Shown here: positions 1 through 10,476 of the stretch, piece by piece
How positions within the stretch are numbered: the first letter of the stretch is position 1
Layout: every line of letters begins with the position of its first letter
Assembly: GCF_001194135.2 (NCBI RefSeq)
Contig: NC_068991.1
Location: 75,880,576-75,919,706, forward strand
DNA length: 39,131 bases
Source: Octopus bimaculoides
Lineage: Eukaryota
Direction: 5' to 3'
Translations under genes and position numbers: made by a program
Notes under the pieces: generated by a model
Seen by the model: the letters and a program-made list of their open reading frames with translations, nothing else
Databases searched by the model: none
What the model was told of the DNA's origin: nothing

Positions 1-135
1 GTCTGTGTGTGTGTGTATATATACACACACATATATATACATATATATATGTCTACTTATACCTGCATGGGCACACACACACACATATAATGTATGTATG
101 GTATATATGTATGCATACACCTACATACATAACCT
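1..135. repeat. Mixed (TG)/(TA)/(CA) microsatellite
   Basis: Dinucleotide runs read directly; ORF 9..242 is an artefact of them. Confidence 0.9.
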
Positions 136-518
136 GCACACATAACACATATTCTACGTACATATTTCAGAGATCAAATGATAGGCATTTTATCAAACCC
201 GTTACGAAGTTGACTTCGAAAAGGAAATACAATGTGAAATAATGAGTGATAGTTAACAAAACATAACAAGCATTCAAACATTAACCATCGTTCAAATAAC
301 CTCACGTCACCGTAGAATATTTATATGATAAAACATCTGCTTCAACGTAAATATAGGAAACACATAACAATATTTTATATCATATTTTTATTTATAAAGG
401 ATTTACTGTAGCATGATATTTTCCTAGTATACTAAAATATTATTTTGGCAGCACATGTAAAGTATGTTCGGTCAGTAACTATTAAAAGGTAGATCGTACT
501 TTAAGGCAAACGAATCCT

Positions 519-873
519 AAATATTTACAGCTGCGTTGAGTTGTATACAAATGCAATGATATAAAAGTGTAATACATTTGTCATGAAATATAATATAGAC
601 GTCTACACACACTCATATATACTTATAAAACACAATAATACATCTACATACATACATATATACATACATATGTACGTATGTTGATGTATTATTGTGTTAT
701 ATATGCATATATGAGTGTGTGTAGACGTCTAAATGCAATTCATGTACATATATGTATTTCGTTCTCTCTGAGAAGGACGAAAATTTATATTTCATGACAA
801 TGAATTACATACAAATGTATTACATTTCTATATCGTTGCAATTTTATACAACTCAAGACAACTGTAAACATTT
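519..873. repeat. Long imperfect nested inverted repeat (foldback / MITE-like)
   Basis: Outer arms TTTACAGCTGCGTTGAGTTGTATACAAATGCAATGATATAAAAGTGTAATACATTTGT (524-) and ACAAATGTATTACATTTCTATATCGTTGCAATTTTATACAACTCAAGACAACTGTAAA (-868) are reverse complements. Inner arms 596-~655 and ~670-731 (TAGACGTCTACACACACTCATATAT / ATATATGAGTGTGTGTAGACGTCTA) also pair. Confidence 0.85.
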
Positions 874-1067
874 CACAAAGAGATAGTGGAGAGTTGTTCC
901 AAATTATCTTTCATCGAACACTTCATTGATGGTTACGTAGCTGAAAATAAACTATAGTCTTATCTACCTTATAAAAATGAAATATGTTACTCTAGAACAA
1001 ATTCAATGATCTTTCAGTTTAACGTTCAAATAATTCTAGGTATGACAAAATATGAAGGCCAACATTA

Positions 1068-1104
<37 letters not shown>

Positions 1105-1487
1105 NNNNNNNNNNNNNNNNNNNNNNNNNNNNNNNNNNNNNNNNNNNNNNNNNNNNNNNNNNNNNNNNNNNNNNNNNNNNNNNNNNNNNNNNNNNNNNNN
1201 NNNNNNNNNNNNNNNNNNNNNNNNNNNNNNNNNNNNNNNNNNNNNNNNNNNNNNNNNNNNNNNNNNNNNNNNNNNNNNNNNNNNNNNNNNNNNNNNNNNN
1301 NNNNNNNNNNNNNNNNNNNNNNNNNNNNNNNNNNNNNNNNNNNNNNNNNNNNNNNNNNNNNNNNNNNNNNNNNNNNNNNNNNNNNNNNNNNNNNNNNNNN
1401 NNNNNNNNNNNNNNNNNNNNNNNNNNNNNNNNNNNNNNNNNNNNNNNNNNNNNNNNNNNNNNNNNNNNNNNNNNNNNNNNNNNNNNN
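1105..1487. other. Assembly gap flanked by (TA)n on both sides
   Basis: N run with (TA)n at ~1068-1104 and 1488-1530. Confidence 0.98.
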
Positions 1488-1532
<45 letters not shown>

Positions 1533-1699
1533 CGTCAAAAATCACAGATAAAATAGTTTGAAGAAATTTTATTTAACAATAAGTCAATATCTAATATCAT
1601 GACAAATTGTTTCGTAACTTAAAAACATAAATAATTTATATCATTATATTTAATAATAAATGAAGTACTTACACGCCTGCATTTATGAAAAATACAGAT

Positions 1700-2500
1700 C
1701 ATTTATCGGCGTAGTGGCTGGAATCGACTAGCCTCAGCCGAACCTGTCCTCCGCATGTCCAGCCTATCAACTTCCGATATCCCAGTAGGTGTCGATCGTG
1801 GTGATGGCAACGCTTAACAGGGATTCCGGATTCAGTTCCGAAAAGTAAGTCTGCGAAATGGTTACCGCATCCCAGGAACGCAACAGACGCTCTAATTATC
1901 CACTTTCTGCATGAAGAGGTAGTAACGAAATACAACGACGAATTACTGTGTCAAAGACTCGTGAACCGTAAGAGAATACTTCAATGAACGACCGGCAGGC
2001 AAGTCCGGTGTCAGCAGCAATGATGATATGAGATCCAGTAACGAATAGATATACATGGGTCCATCACTTTCAGCCAGAATCCATAAACAGAGAATAGACT
2101 GGAAAGATCTGGAATCGTCAGCGAAAGAGAAATTCAAGACTTAACCTTCTGCAGAAAACAAGTGTTGCTAACCATTTTTGAGGACACGAAAGAGCCTATG
2201 CAGGAATATTACTGGGAAAAAGAACCTATAATCACCAATATAGGCTACAGGGAAATACTAACTGAGATAATGGAACCAGCAATTGCCACCAAACGCTGAG
2301 GTCTATAGTCAAAGCAAGTGTTACCGTTGCACGAAAATGCGCGCCCACATACGACTCAGCACAGATTGAATCCATTAAAAACTAGGTTTTAAATTGCTGG
2401 AACACTCTGCCTAAACTCCAGATTTGGCCCTTCAGACTATTACATCATTGGATCGCCTAGCCATCCTATACAATGTCATCAATTTCTTACGGAAGAAGAA
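1700..2500 (+). mobile_element. GC-elevated decayed coding-like segment, probably retroelement-derived (family unassigned)
   Basis: Several 30-70 codon open stretches broken by stops/frameshifts (TDALIIHFLHEEVVTKYNDELLCQRL; PVTNRYTWVHHFQPESINRE; ENRLERSGIVSEREIQDLTFCRKQVLLTIFEDTKE; IVKASVTVARKCAPTYDSAQ; VLNCWNTLPK). No diagnostic motif. Confidence 0.35.
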
Positions 2501-2792
2501 ACGCAGGAATTAATGCACAAACGACTGCACTACTGTCCGAGAAACCTTTTTCGGAGACATGCAATTGTCAAACCCTTACTTTTATTTTAATAAGTTGCAG
2601 AAACCAGAATATGTATATTTATTTAACTTATCCTCGTATATATAATAAACATATACATATAAACGACCCTAATCCTAAGTATGTCAAATGATTAAATAAA
2701 AAGAATTATCATACTTCTTACTATTTTATGGCACATTATTTACTTTATTTACAATTGACGGATATTTGTCCTCATCTTGTTTGTTGTTAATA

Positions 2793-2828
2793 CAACGTTT
2801 CGGCTGATATACCGTCCAGCCTTCATCT
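2793..2828 (-). ncRNA. Degenerate minimal hammerhead ribozyme motif (- arm)
   Basis: Minus strand reads CAGATGA-A-GGCTG(gacggtatat)CAGCC-GAAAC-GTT, with core CAGAUGA instead of CUGAUGA. Confidence 0.55.
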
Positions 2829-2864
2829 GTATGAAGGCTGGAGGGTATAACAGCCGAAACGTTG
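2827..2864 (+). ncRNA. Degenerate minimal hammerhead ribozyme motif (+ arm)
   Basis: CTGTATGA-A-GGCTG(gagggtataa)CAGCC-GAAAC-GTT. Stem II and the GAAAC/GUH end are intact; the CUGANGA core has a 1-nt insertion and the 5' strand of stem I is missing. Confidence 0.55.
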
Positions 2865-3139
2865 TGTAACAACACTGAATTGTTGTGCTAACAACAAACA
2901 AAATGAGGACAAATATCCGTCAATTGTAAATAATGTAAATAATGTACATAATTCCTCATCTATTAAATATAGAACTGTATTATTTTATGGTAATCATAAA
3001 TGTATGTATATAAACATTCAGGGCAAGCAAAATACCTTGTCTGACGCACTCCTTGCATTGAATATCATAACTTCAAGACTTCCTGTTTCCAGATCTGTAT
3101 TCTAAGTTACCTGAATATTTTTGAACCTGCCAGTTCTGT

Positions 3140-3148
3140 GAGCACACA

Positions 3149-3200
<52 letters not shown>

Positions 3201-3260
3201 AACACAGATATACACGCATATATACGCGTATACGTATACATACACATTCAGACATACATA
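3140..3260. repeat. (CA)n microsatellite
   Basis: Direct reading; a further (TG)n lies at ~3492-3532. Confidence 0.95.
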
Positions 3261-3491
3261 CATAGATACATGCACATACATATACACACAATCCAAATAT
3301 TATTCCTACTCCCTAGCAACCACATAAGTAGTATTAATAGAAGCTTTATATATTCAATGGGTAATATACAGCAATCTTTCCAATGCAATTATGTGTTCCC
3401 ATGCAATTCTTCAAAGCACATTTGTTATTAATGTGCATTTAAAAGAAAGCACAAATGACATATTGCTGGTTTTAGAGTCATTACTATATCA

Positions 3492-3522
<31 letters not shown>

Positions 3523-3990
3523 GTGTGTGTGTGATATACACGCACATTTACTGAAGTATGTACAAAATTACTATTTCTTCTCGCTTCGTCCGTAGCTTCA
3601 CTTCACAAAAGAAACGTTTGGCCTGACCTCACGACGTTCGTATTGTGGGTGTTCTGCTGCTAGAACTTCAATTGCTAAGAGCGTTCTCAGATTGTCTCTG
3701 ATACTTTCTCGAAAGATTTCGAGGAAGGATTTGCGTATATTCTAGTAATTGCCGTTTTTCTACTTCATTCAATCTATGATAAAAATCATTACTAATCCGT
3801 GTCTTTCAGCTATTTAGAATCACGGTTCCCTTCGGTTTCATAAAATGATAAGCTCTAATTTGAAGGGCATTTGGTTGCTTTTTAAGCAAAATCAGATACC
3901 AACCAGCAATAATAATAATAACATGAGTAACTGCGAAACTTATTGGCTCGTAATTATTCAGGATATTAGTATTTCTATTATTATTATTAT

Positions 3991-4182
3991 TTCAAATTCC
4001 ACCGAGGTCAGCTTTGCCTTTTATTCTTTCGGGGTCGATAAATCAATTACCAATGAAGCACTGAGGCAGATGTAATCGACTTAGCCCCTCCCCCAGAATT
4101 GCTGTCTTGTGGAAAAATTTTAAACCATTATTATTGTTATTGTTGTTGCTGTTATTATTTTATTATTATTATTATTATTATT
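3991..4182 (+). mobile_element. SINE family A, 5'-truncated, with (TTA/TTG)n tail
   Basis: TTCAAATTCCACCGAGGTCAGCTTTGCCTTT...CGGGGTCGATAAA...GATGTAATCGACT matches the copies at 18050 and 19160. Confidence 0.85.
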
Positions 4183-4255
4183 GAGTGAGAGAGCAGTGCA
4201 TGCCATCAAAGTGACACTGGGGTGAAATATACGAAGCCCAGTATACCCATCATGT
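4182..4255 (+). mobile_element. Short fragment of an abundant interspersed repeat (possibly an RTE-like LINE end)
   Basis: TTGAGTGAGAGAGCAGTGCATGCCATCAAAGTGACACTGGGG... embedded between (ATT)n tracts. Recognised from memory only. Confidence 0.4.
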
Positions 4256-4256
4256 C

Positions 4257-4351
<95 letters not shown>

Positions 4352-4380
4352 TGTAGTAATTGTAGTAGTTGTAGTAGTAG
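4256..4380. repeat. Compound (TAT)n-(AGT)n microsatellite
   Basis: Direct reading. Confidence 0.95.
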
Positions 4381-4410
4381 TATGTTGGGCTCTCGGTAGA
4401 AATTTGCTTT

Positions 4411-4624
4411 ATTAATATTGGTTTCAAATTTTTCCAGAAGGCCAGCAAGTTTGGGGGTCGATTAGATCGACCCCAATGCTCAACTTGTACTTATTTGATC
4501 AACCCCGAAAAAAATGAAAGGCAAAATTGCCCTAGGCAAAGTATTTGGAGTAAGAATGTAATGGCGGATAAAATGCCGCTAAACATTTTGCACGGCGCCC
4601 TATCGATTCGACTAGCTCGTCGCA
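4411..4624 (-). mobile_element. SINE family A, near full length
   Basis: Reverse complement of family A body (TCGACCCCAATGCTCAACTTGTACTT...CCCCGAAA...TGAAAGGCAAA) through a head ending GCTCGTCGC. Confidence 0.8.
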
Positions 4625-5059
4625 TAATTTAATTAATAAAACAATTGCTGATGTTGACTATTTCAGTGTTACGGCCTCCACAAAACACCATGCAAATGTG
4701 AGAGTAAAAAATTACATGATTTCATTTGCCGAAGGGGAAATGCTCACTTTGTACTTCCATTTTATTGCTCCTGTTTTCTGCATTTTTCTATTGTCCTCAT
4801 AAATATGCGACACGCATATTGAATATTTTTTCCAATTGGAAAAATTTAATTTTCGAAAATAGAAAATCTATAAACGTCAACCCTGCAGGACATGACACAA
4901 TTCAACATCAAGCATCCTATACCACTGACTACTTCTGCAATGAGACAAAAATTGCAAATGGATAAAATAAATTGTTTAATTTGTAATGCCAACAGCACAT
5001 ACAAAAAAAAAAATAAAACGTGCAACTTAAGACTAACTATAAAATCTTCTAACTTCGTC

Positions 5060-5200
5060 ACAAGGCTTCCAGCTTGAAGTGAAATTAAATCGACCCTATT
5101 TCTCTTATTTTATTATATTTGTTCTGGTATTGTTATATCGACCCATATATAACGAAAGGCAAACTTGATCTTGACATAATTTCAATGCAAAACACAAAGA
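5060..5200 (-). mobile_element. SINE family A, degenerate
   Basis: CAAGGC...AATCGACCC...TATCGACCC...GAAAGGCAAACTTGA remnants. Confidence 0.5.
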
Positions 5201-5269
5201 GTCGCAAGAAGGCTTGCAAAATGTTTCTTTCCTGACGTTTAGTTGTTTCAATCAAATCTTGAAATAGCA

Positions 5270-5450
5270 ACTGTTTCTTATATAAGTACAGGGCTAAATG
5301 TTTGAAAATGGGATTAAATCAATGAAAATATCCAAGTACTGATCTTCTATCAGGCAAATATGTATGGTAAACTTGGCTACCGCAGGATTTGAACTTGCAC
5401 CACAAGGCGCTGTATTAAATACTACAAAAATTCTTCAAACAACGCTGGAC
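5270..5450 (-). mobile_element. SINE family A, degenerate
   Basis: TTTCT..TATAAGTACAGGGC at the tail end and GGATTTGAACT (reverse B box) near 5385-5395. Confidence 0.5.
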
Positions 5451-5557
5451 TGATTTTTCATATGGTACATTATTCACCCCTTCTCCAAGAATAAAATAAG
5501 TTTGAACTTGGTGTTCAGTTCAGAAGGTAAACTATTCTATGAATCCACCGCCATTAA

Positions 5558-5623
5558 AACAACGACAACAACAGCGACGACGATGACAACGACGACAATA
5601 ACAACAACAACAGCAACAACCAC
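5558..5623. repeat. (ACA/ACG)n trinucleotide repeat
   Basis: Direct reading; it is the complement of the A-rich tail of the adjacent minus-strand SINE. Confidence 0.9.
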
Positions 5624-5626
5624 AAG

Positions 5627-5745
5627 TATTTCTACATGGGTGCAAGGCCTGAAGTTTTGGATTACTCATTTGGTAGTTATTTCATCGATCCAGAAAGGAG
5701 GGGAGGCAAAGTCAAATTCGGCGAAATTTGAACTTAGAATGCAGC
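5627..5745 (-). mobile_element. SINE family A, partial
   Basis: ATCGATCCAGAAAGGAGGGGAGGCAAAGTCAAATTCGGCGAAATTTGAACTTAGAA. Confidence 0.75.
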
Positions 5746-5759
5746 CGTGATGCTTCGCG

Positions 5760-6470
5760 TTGAGAATTAGTTGAAAGCCTATTTCGCTCTGCTGCTGTAG
5801 GTGCTGCCTCCACAGTTGCTGCCGTTCTTGATGTCACTGATTTTTTCGCGGCAGCTAGGTTTACTATCTTTAATATTTCAATATTTCAGTAATTGGTTGT
5901 GCTTTGTTAGATGCCGCTAATGGTGAGCTTGCAGTGGTTTTGGTTGTTCGTGTTAGTATGGTAGTGATAGCGTCGGCTGAAGTATTTTTTCTTTGCTCTA
6001 GACAATCCTTTGAGATGGTTTCTGTAACACAGCAAGTGACAATTTGGCCTTCTCTCCCCACCGGCTGTGTGGAGCTTTGTATCGCAAATTGATCGAATCT
6101 AGGGTAATTTCGATGTTTTAGTGAGATGTTTGTGTTAATAAATCCATCGCTTGCTGGATTTTGTTTTTGCGGTCTCTGTAGCTCTAGAATGCCAAGGCGC
6201 TGGCACACATGAACAGATGATTATTTCTGGCGGCAACTTAACTTTATTTTGGCTACCTTAGAATAAGGTAGGTTGGAATGAGGATAAGTTTGCCTGCCTT
6301 TAGTGTCGTTATGGAGTGCTTCCTGGCATCATCCTCTGTTGGAAATCTCACCACTACTGCGTTGTACATTTTCCTCTGTCTGTGTATGTTTTAGTACCAC
6401 ACACTGATCTGATGTCTTTTTAATTCGCTGCTGTATCACCTGTCGATTCATCCTTCCTCTCAGCTATTGA
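5760..6470 (-). mobile_element. Decayed gag-like/ORF1 of a non-LTR retrotransposon with CCHC zinc-knuckle remnant
   Basis: Minus strand gives KMYNAVVVRFPTEDDARKHSITTLKAGKLILIPTYL, then a frameshifted GERRPNCHL-C...TISKDC (CxxC-x4-H-x4-C like), then a Thr/Ala-rich tail. Stops and frameshifts are present. Confidence 0.5.
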
Positions 6471-7373
6471 ATTCGTCGAATAGTCTATGAAATCTCCAAC
6501 GAATTAAAACTTCCTTCTAATGTAGAACCAAATAAAAAAGATTATATATCTGTTTGTGTGCCGGAGAAAAAATGAAAACATATAACGCGCAGGTGTAAAA
6601 ACGGATGAAAGATGGAACTAAAAAAGGAAGAATACGAGATACAGGAAGGAAAGAAAGGAAATTTCATTCTTGAATACTTAAATGCAAAATACGTACATTA
6701 TAAAGCAACAAGGGTTTTCAACTATCTGAAAATTCTGTGTCAGTAGGATTTATTAATTGCCGACAAAATTGAAGCAATAACAGAGTATGCTATTGGAATG
6801 GTTTTTGCTAGAGTAAGATAAATATATTGAGAGGAAAATGAAAGAAAATTAATCGATATAAAAAAAGTAAATTAAGAAACAGAATATAGACTTTCCGAAA
6901 ATAATTGCTAGGTCAACAAATTAAATATATAAATATAATATCAAAAAAGGCGAGAACGAAATTGAAATTTTTGAAAAGATTAAAATAATATAAACCATTC
7001 ATCCTTTAAGATTTCGTCATCAATGAACAGAAGAGATTATGGAAACAATCGTGTGATGAGAGAAGATAAAATCTAAAGCTAGAAAAGTAGAAATGTTGTG
7101 TTTACAGAAAATGGAAGTAGTGAGGGTGTAGGCTGAATGTATTTGAACTGCTAAGTGATCTGACAACAGGAAGCGATAAATCAATGAATTTTTTTGGTGA
7201 ATGTACAGGAAAACTAAATCACAATGACAAAGGTGGTAGTTCAACAGATTGTTTAAATAGGAAGACCAAAATTATGTAAACTTTTGTAAGTTGGAAAGAC
7301 GTTTAAGAGTGTTGAATTTAGGGATGCGGCAACATTTGTAATTTCTGATTTCTCGTTATTTTTTCTTTACCTA

Positions 7374-7451
7374 TTTCAAGCCATTATATTACATTATATG
7401 TATTACATTATATTACATTATATTACATTATATTCAAGCCATTATATTACA
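7374..7451. repeat. (ATTATATTAC)n short tandem repeat bracketed by a TTCAAGCCATTATATTACA direct repeat
   Basis: Direct reading. Confidence 0.8.
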
Positions 7452-8399
7452 AGTATTGCATCGTATTTGAGAGTAAAACTTGCTCAGTATCATTGATGTT
7501 GTCGTTGACATTGAGCGAGTTTGAAATAGGCAGCTGACAAGTATTTTCTTTTTTTTGTTCTAGAAAGTTTTCTTCAGCTTTGACCCGATGAAACTGATGT
7601 TGCCAATAAAATAACTGGATATTTGTTGGTGTTTAACAGCATAAAATATTCAGGTATCAATATTCTTCACAATCATCCTTCATTTCTCTGTTGGATTCCA
7701 AGTCAAACTTTTGCCACACTGATGTGAATTTTCAAAACCATGATAGCAAAAATGGCGTAAAAGCAGTACTAATTTCCATAATTTCTTCTCTTTAGCTGAA
7801 TGATGCGTAAATATTTCAGTAAAAGAACCGTTGAAGCAGATCGTGAAGAAGCTACAGTGAATATGTTATGTTGACTCGAATTCCGTTCATTTAGTATCAT
7901 GTGCCATTTTTCTACAACCCCTTTTTCATTTGAGCAAAATGTTTTTAAGTTTTTGTTAACCTTTTCCGATCTTTATGATATTTAAGGATGGACACGCACG
8001 TTGTTTTGAAACGTGATTCTGGAGAAATGAAGGAATATTTACTTTATTCTATCTCAATCGTTTTAACACACCTAAATTTTCTGAAAGAGTTTTGAATGTA
8101 TTATAGCGTCTTAATACATTTAGAGAAGGTCATTTGCTTTGCTTATATAGATTTTGTAACGTAGTGAACACTTGGAAATGATTTTAAAAATTCTGTAAAT
8201 ATTACTCATTGTGCCGTACGTCATTTAAAGGAAATTTATCTGCGTCAGTTGATATTGATATTCAACCCTACGTTGTGCAGACTCTTTGTTGAGAATAGTA
8301 AGGAAGTAAAGAATAGCCATAAAAGCCGAAGAATATTTGAGACACGGGTTAGATTTGCACGTGCTAGACATTACTTGTTACAGTCGGACTGCTGATAAA

Positions 8400-9545
8400 T
8401 ATATCAGACATGAAGGCACAAACGACTATCAAAACCTGACTGAAACTTTCTGTGACTAACACACGTAGAAAGTATAGAACAATTTAATCCAGAATAGAAT
8501 GAAATCTAAGCATATCTTGGCTATGGGTCACATAAAAAGAATAAATAGCTATAATGATTACAGTAGAAATCAATATCCAGATGAAACGTCTTGCAAAACA
8601 CGTGCGCTTCCATAGAAATCTTTTAAAATTCCGTAGTTGCAGAGTCGTTCCAGTGACTGGGTATCTGACGAACGGAGTTTTATTGAGCAAATCAGTTCTA
8701 TAAGTTTTGGATGAAATAATTAAGAAAATCCTTAGAGATCATTTCCGTTCGACTGTCAAGAAAGAGGTGCATGTTTATTCATGACAACGTAACATTGAAT
8801 TAGTTTTATAAAAAATATGAATGTGTAGTATATAAGCTGGAGAGGCATATCAAGTGGCAATGAGAAAGTGGATATCAGTAACTAGTGCATAGAACAGAGA
8901 AAGGAGAGTTGAAAAGAAATAGGTCAGGAATGAATACTGTTCGAGTCAATAAGAAGATAGAATGTACTATGTCAAAAAAAATTTGAAATTTGGTTCTAAA
9001 ATTATTAAATAAATATCAAATTTGGATTTGAAATCAGAATGAGTGGTGATACAATATACTGTACATGGTAAATGTTTTCAATGAGAATACCCCCCCCCCC
9101 CAGTAATTTAAGATGAAACTCAACCGGTCGAGTGGAGGACAAAGTACACTGCAGGGTACTTCAGAGTTCTCTTAAAACGTACCATAGATGTTTTAAACAA
9201 CCGAAAGAAATTGTTTTTATCAATTGAGTGCAGTAAAGAAATAATTGAAACAAAACATTGAAAGCTGCGAAATGATAACTTGTACAGATATGAACGTATT
9301 ACAGAGAAACATTCAATATATCTTATCTGCATGGGTGTAGAATATTTGATTGATGATTAAATTTATCATAAATGATAAGTTAGAGAAATCCTATGTAGGA
9401 TTTTGAAAAATATCGGAGAGAGATAGAAAGAGTCGGTTTCAGGGATCATATGGAAAATAAAATGAAACGGGATTTAAATGTTAGTTCGAAAATCCAGCTG
9501 CAACAATACTAATTGAACATTTTCAAACAAATATTGATCATCTAT
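8400..9545 (+). mobile_element. Highly decayed R4/Dong-type non-LTR retrotransposon (RT C-terminus, zinc motif, start of REL endonuclease)
   Basis: NLLKFRSCRVVPVTGYLTNGVLLSKSVL*VLDEIIKKILR (~8617-8735) resembles R4/Dong INxRVIPVAxYxMN...ELDxIIKxxLR. WISVTSA*NRE lies at ~8870 and ...NIQYILSA (cf. EDIQHIxSxC) at ~9310. Confidence 0.55.
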
Positions 9546-9627
9546 ATGATATGTTGTTCTACTGATATATGTATTCGAAAAAGTGATGATAATACATACA
9601 AAAATATATACATACATATATATAAGC

Positions 9628-9667
9628 TTACCTACCTACCTACCTACCTACCTACCTACCTACCTAC
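9628..9667. repeat. (CCTA)n tetranucleotide microsatellite
   Basis: Direct reading. Confidence 0.95.
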
Positions 9668-9923
9668 ATAGATACAAACATAAAGACGTACGTACATACA
9701 TGCATTCATACCTACATAGATGTGTGTATGTATGTATGTATATTCTGGACTCGTTATGCCATAGAAATGAATTATAAAGAAAAAGCGAGTGCATAAACTA
9801 ATAAGACAAAACATCACAGCATGACAGCTTCAGTCAAAAAGTAAAACAATTTAAATATCGTTACATTCAATGGCGGCGAAACAATGTGTAGATTTATGTA
9901 ACTTGGGACTTGGCTAACATTTA

Positions 9924-10043
9924 TAGATGTTTTCAATCAAGTTTGGATTCTTTGCCATCAAATTTGATAGCAAAGAATTCAAATTTGATAGCAAAGAATT
10001 CAAATTTGATGGCAAAGAATCCAAACTTGATCGAAAACATCTA
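9924..10043. repeat. 120-bp palindromic element with internal 21-bp tandem expansion
   Basis: TAGATGTTTTCAATCAAGTTTGGATTCTTTGCCATCAAATTTGA is mirrored by TCAAATTTGATGGCAAAGAATCCAAACTTGATCGAAAACATCTA (1 mismatch). The centre holds tandem CAAAGAATTCAAATTTGATAG units. Confidence 0.9.
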
Positions 10044-10476
10044 AGGCCTTGCTATAAGTTATGGACGTGTTTCTGTATGACTGTGAGCATGTATATATAT
10101 ATGTGTGTGTGTGTGTGTGCAATGTGTATGTGTATATGTGTGTGTGTGTATGGAAATGTGTATATATTTGCATGGATATTTGTTTATATTTATTGGAAAA
10201 GCGGTAAGACCTTTCTTCTAAAGAACTCAGAGACCTTTTGTACAAACACAAACAAGAAAAAAACAAAGAAAATCAATTATAACAGGCTTATACATTAAAA
10301 GACGATACTGAAGAGGTTCGATAGTCCGGACATATACAAAGAATGTGGGAAGTTATTTAATGTTGTAAATAGAATAAATATCAGTTGTGATGTTTATGTT
10401 CAGAATCGATAGTGATTAAGGCCATTAATGAGCAAAACATCATAAAAATTACGACTGTAGATATTATTCTTACTAG

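Larger units (their letters stand above)
2735..2978. mobile_element. Palindromic Penelope-like terminal-repeat derivative (two inverted arms joined head-to-head)
   Basis: 2735-2826 and 2831-2943 are near-perfect reverse complements around a 4-nt centre. Each arm has ATGAAGGCTG-N10-CAGCCGAAACGTT, typical of Penelope-like pLTR hammerheads. Confidence 0.75.

Noticed and set aside
1036-1561. Long ORFs rich in X, YI, CV, HT, poly-I/L/M/D (also at 3073-3431, 16072-17142, 21948-22882, 25762-27282, 28186-28492, 37406-38690)
   Set aside because: They are translations of microsatellites and N-runs with no protein-like content.
7450-7900. Possible hAT dimerisation-domain or Tc1 DLNPIE remnant on the minus strand
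   Set aside because: The resemblance needs several assumed frameshifts and no motif is unambiguous.
9952-10020. Regularly spaced palindromic repeats suggesting a CRISPR array
   Set aside because: The units are contiguous 21-bp tandem copies with no unique spacers, the context is eukaryotic, and there are no cas genes.
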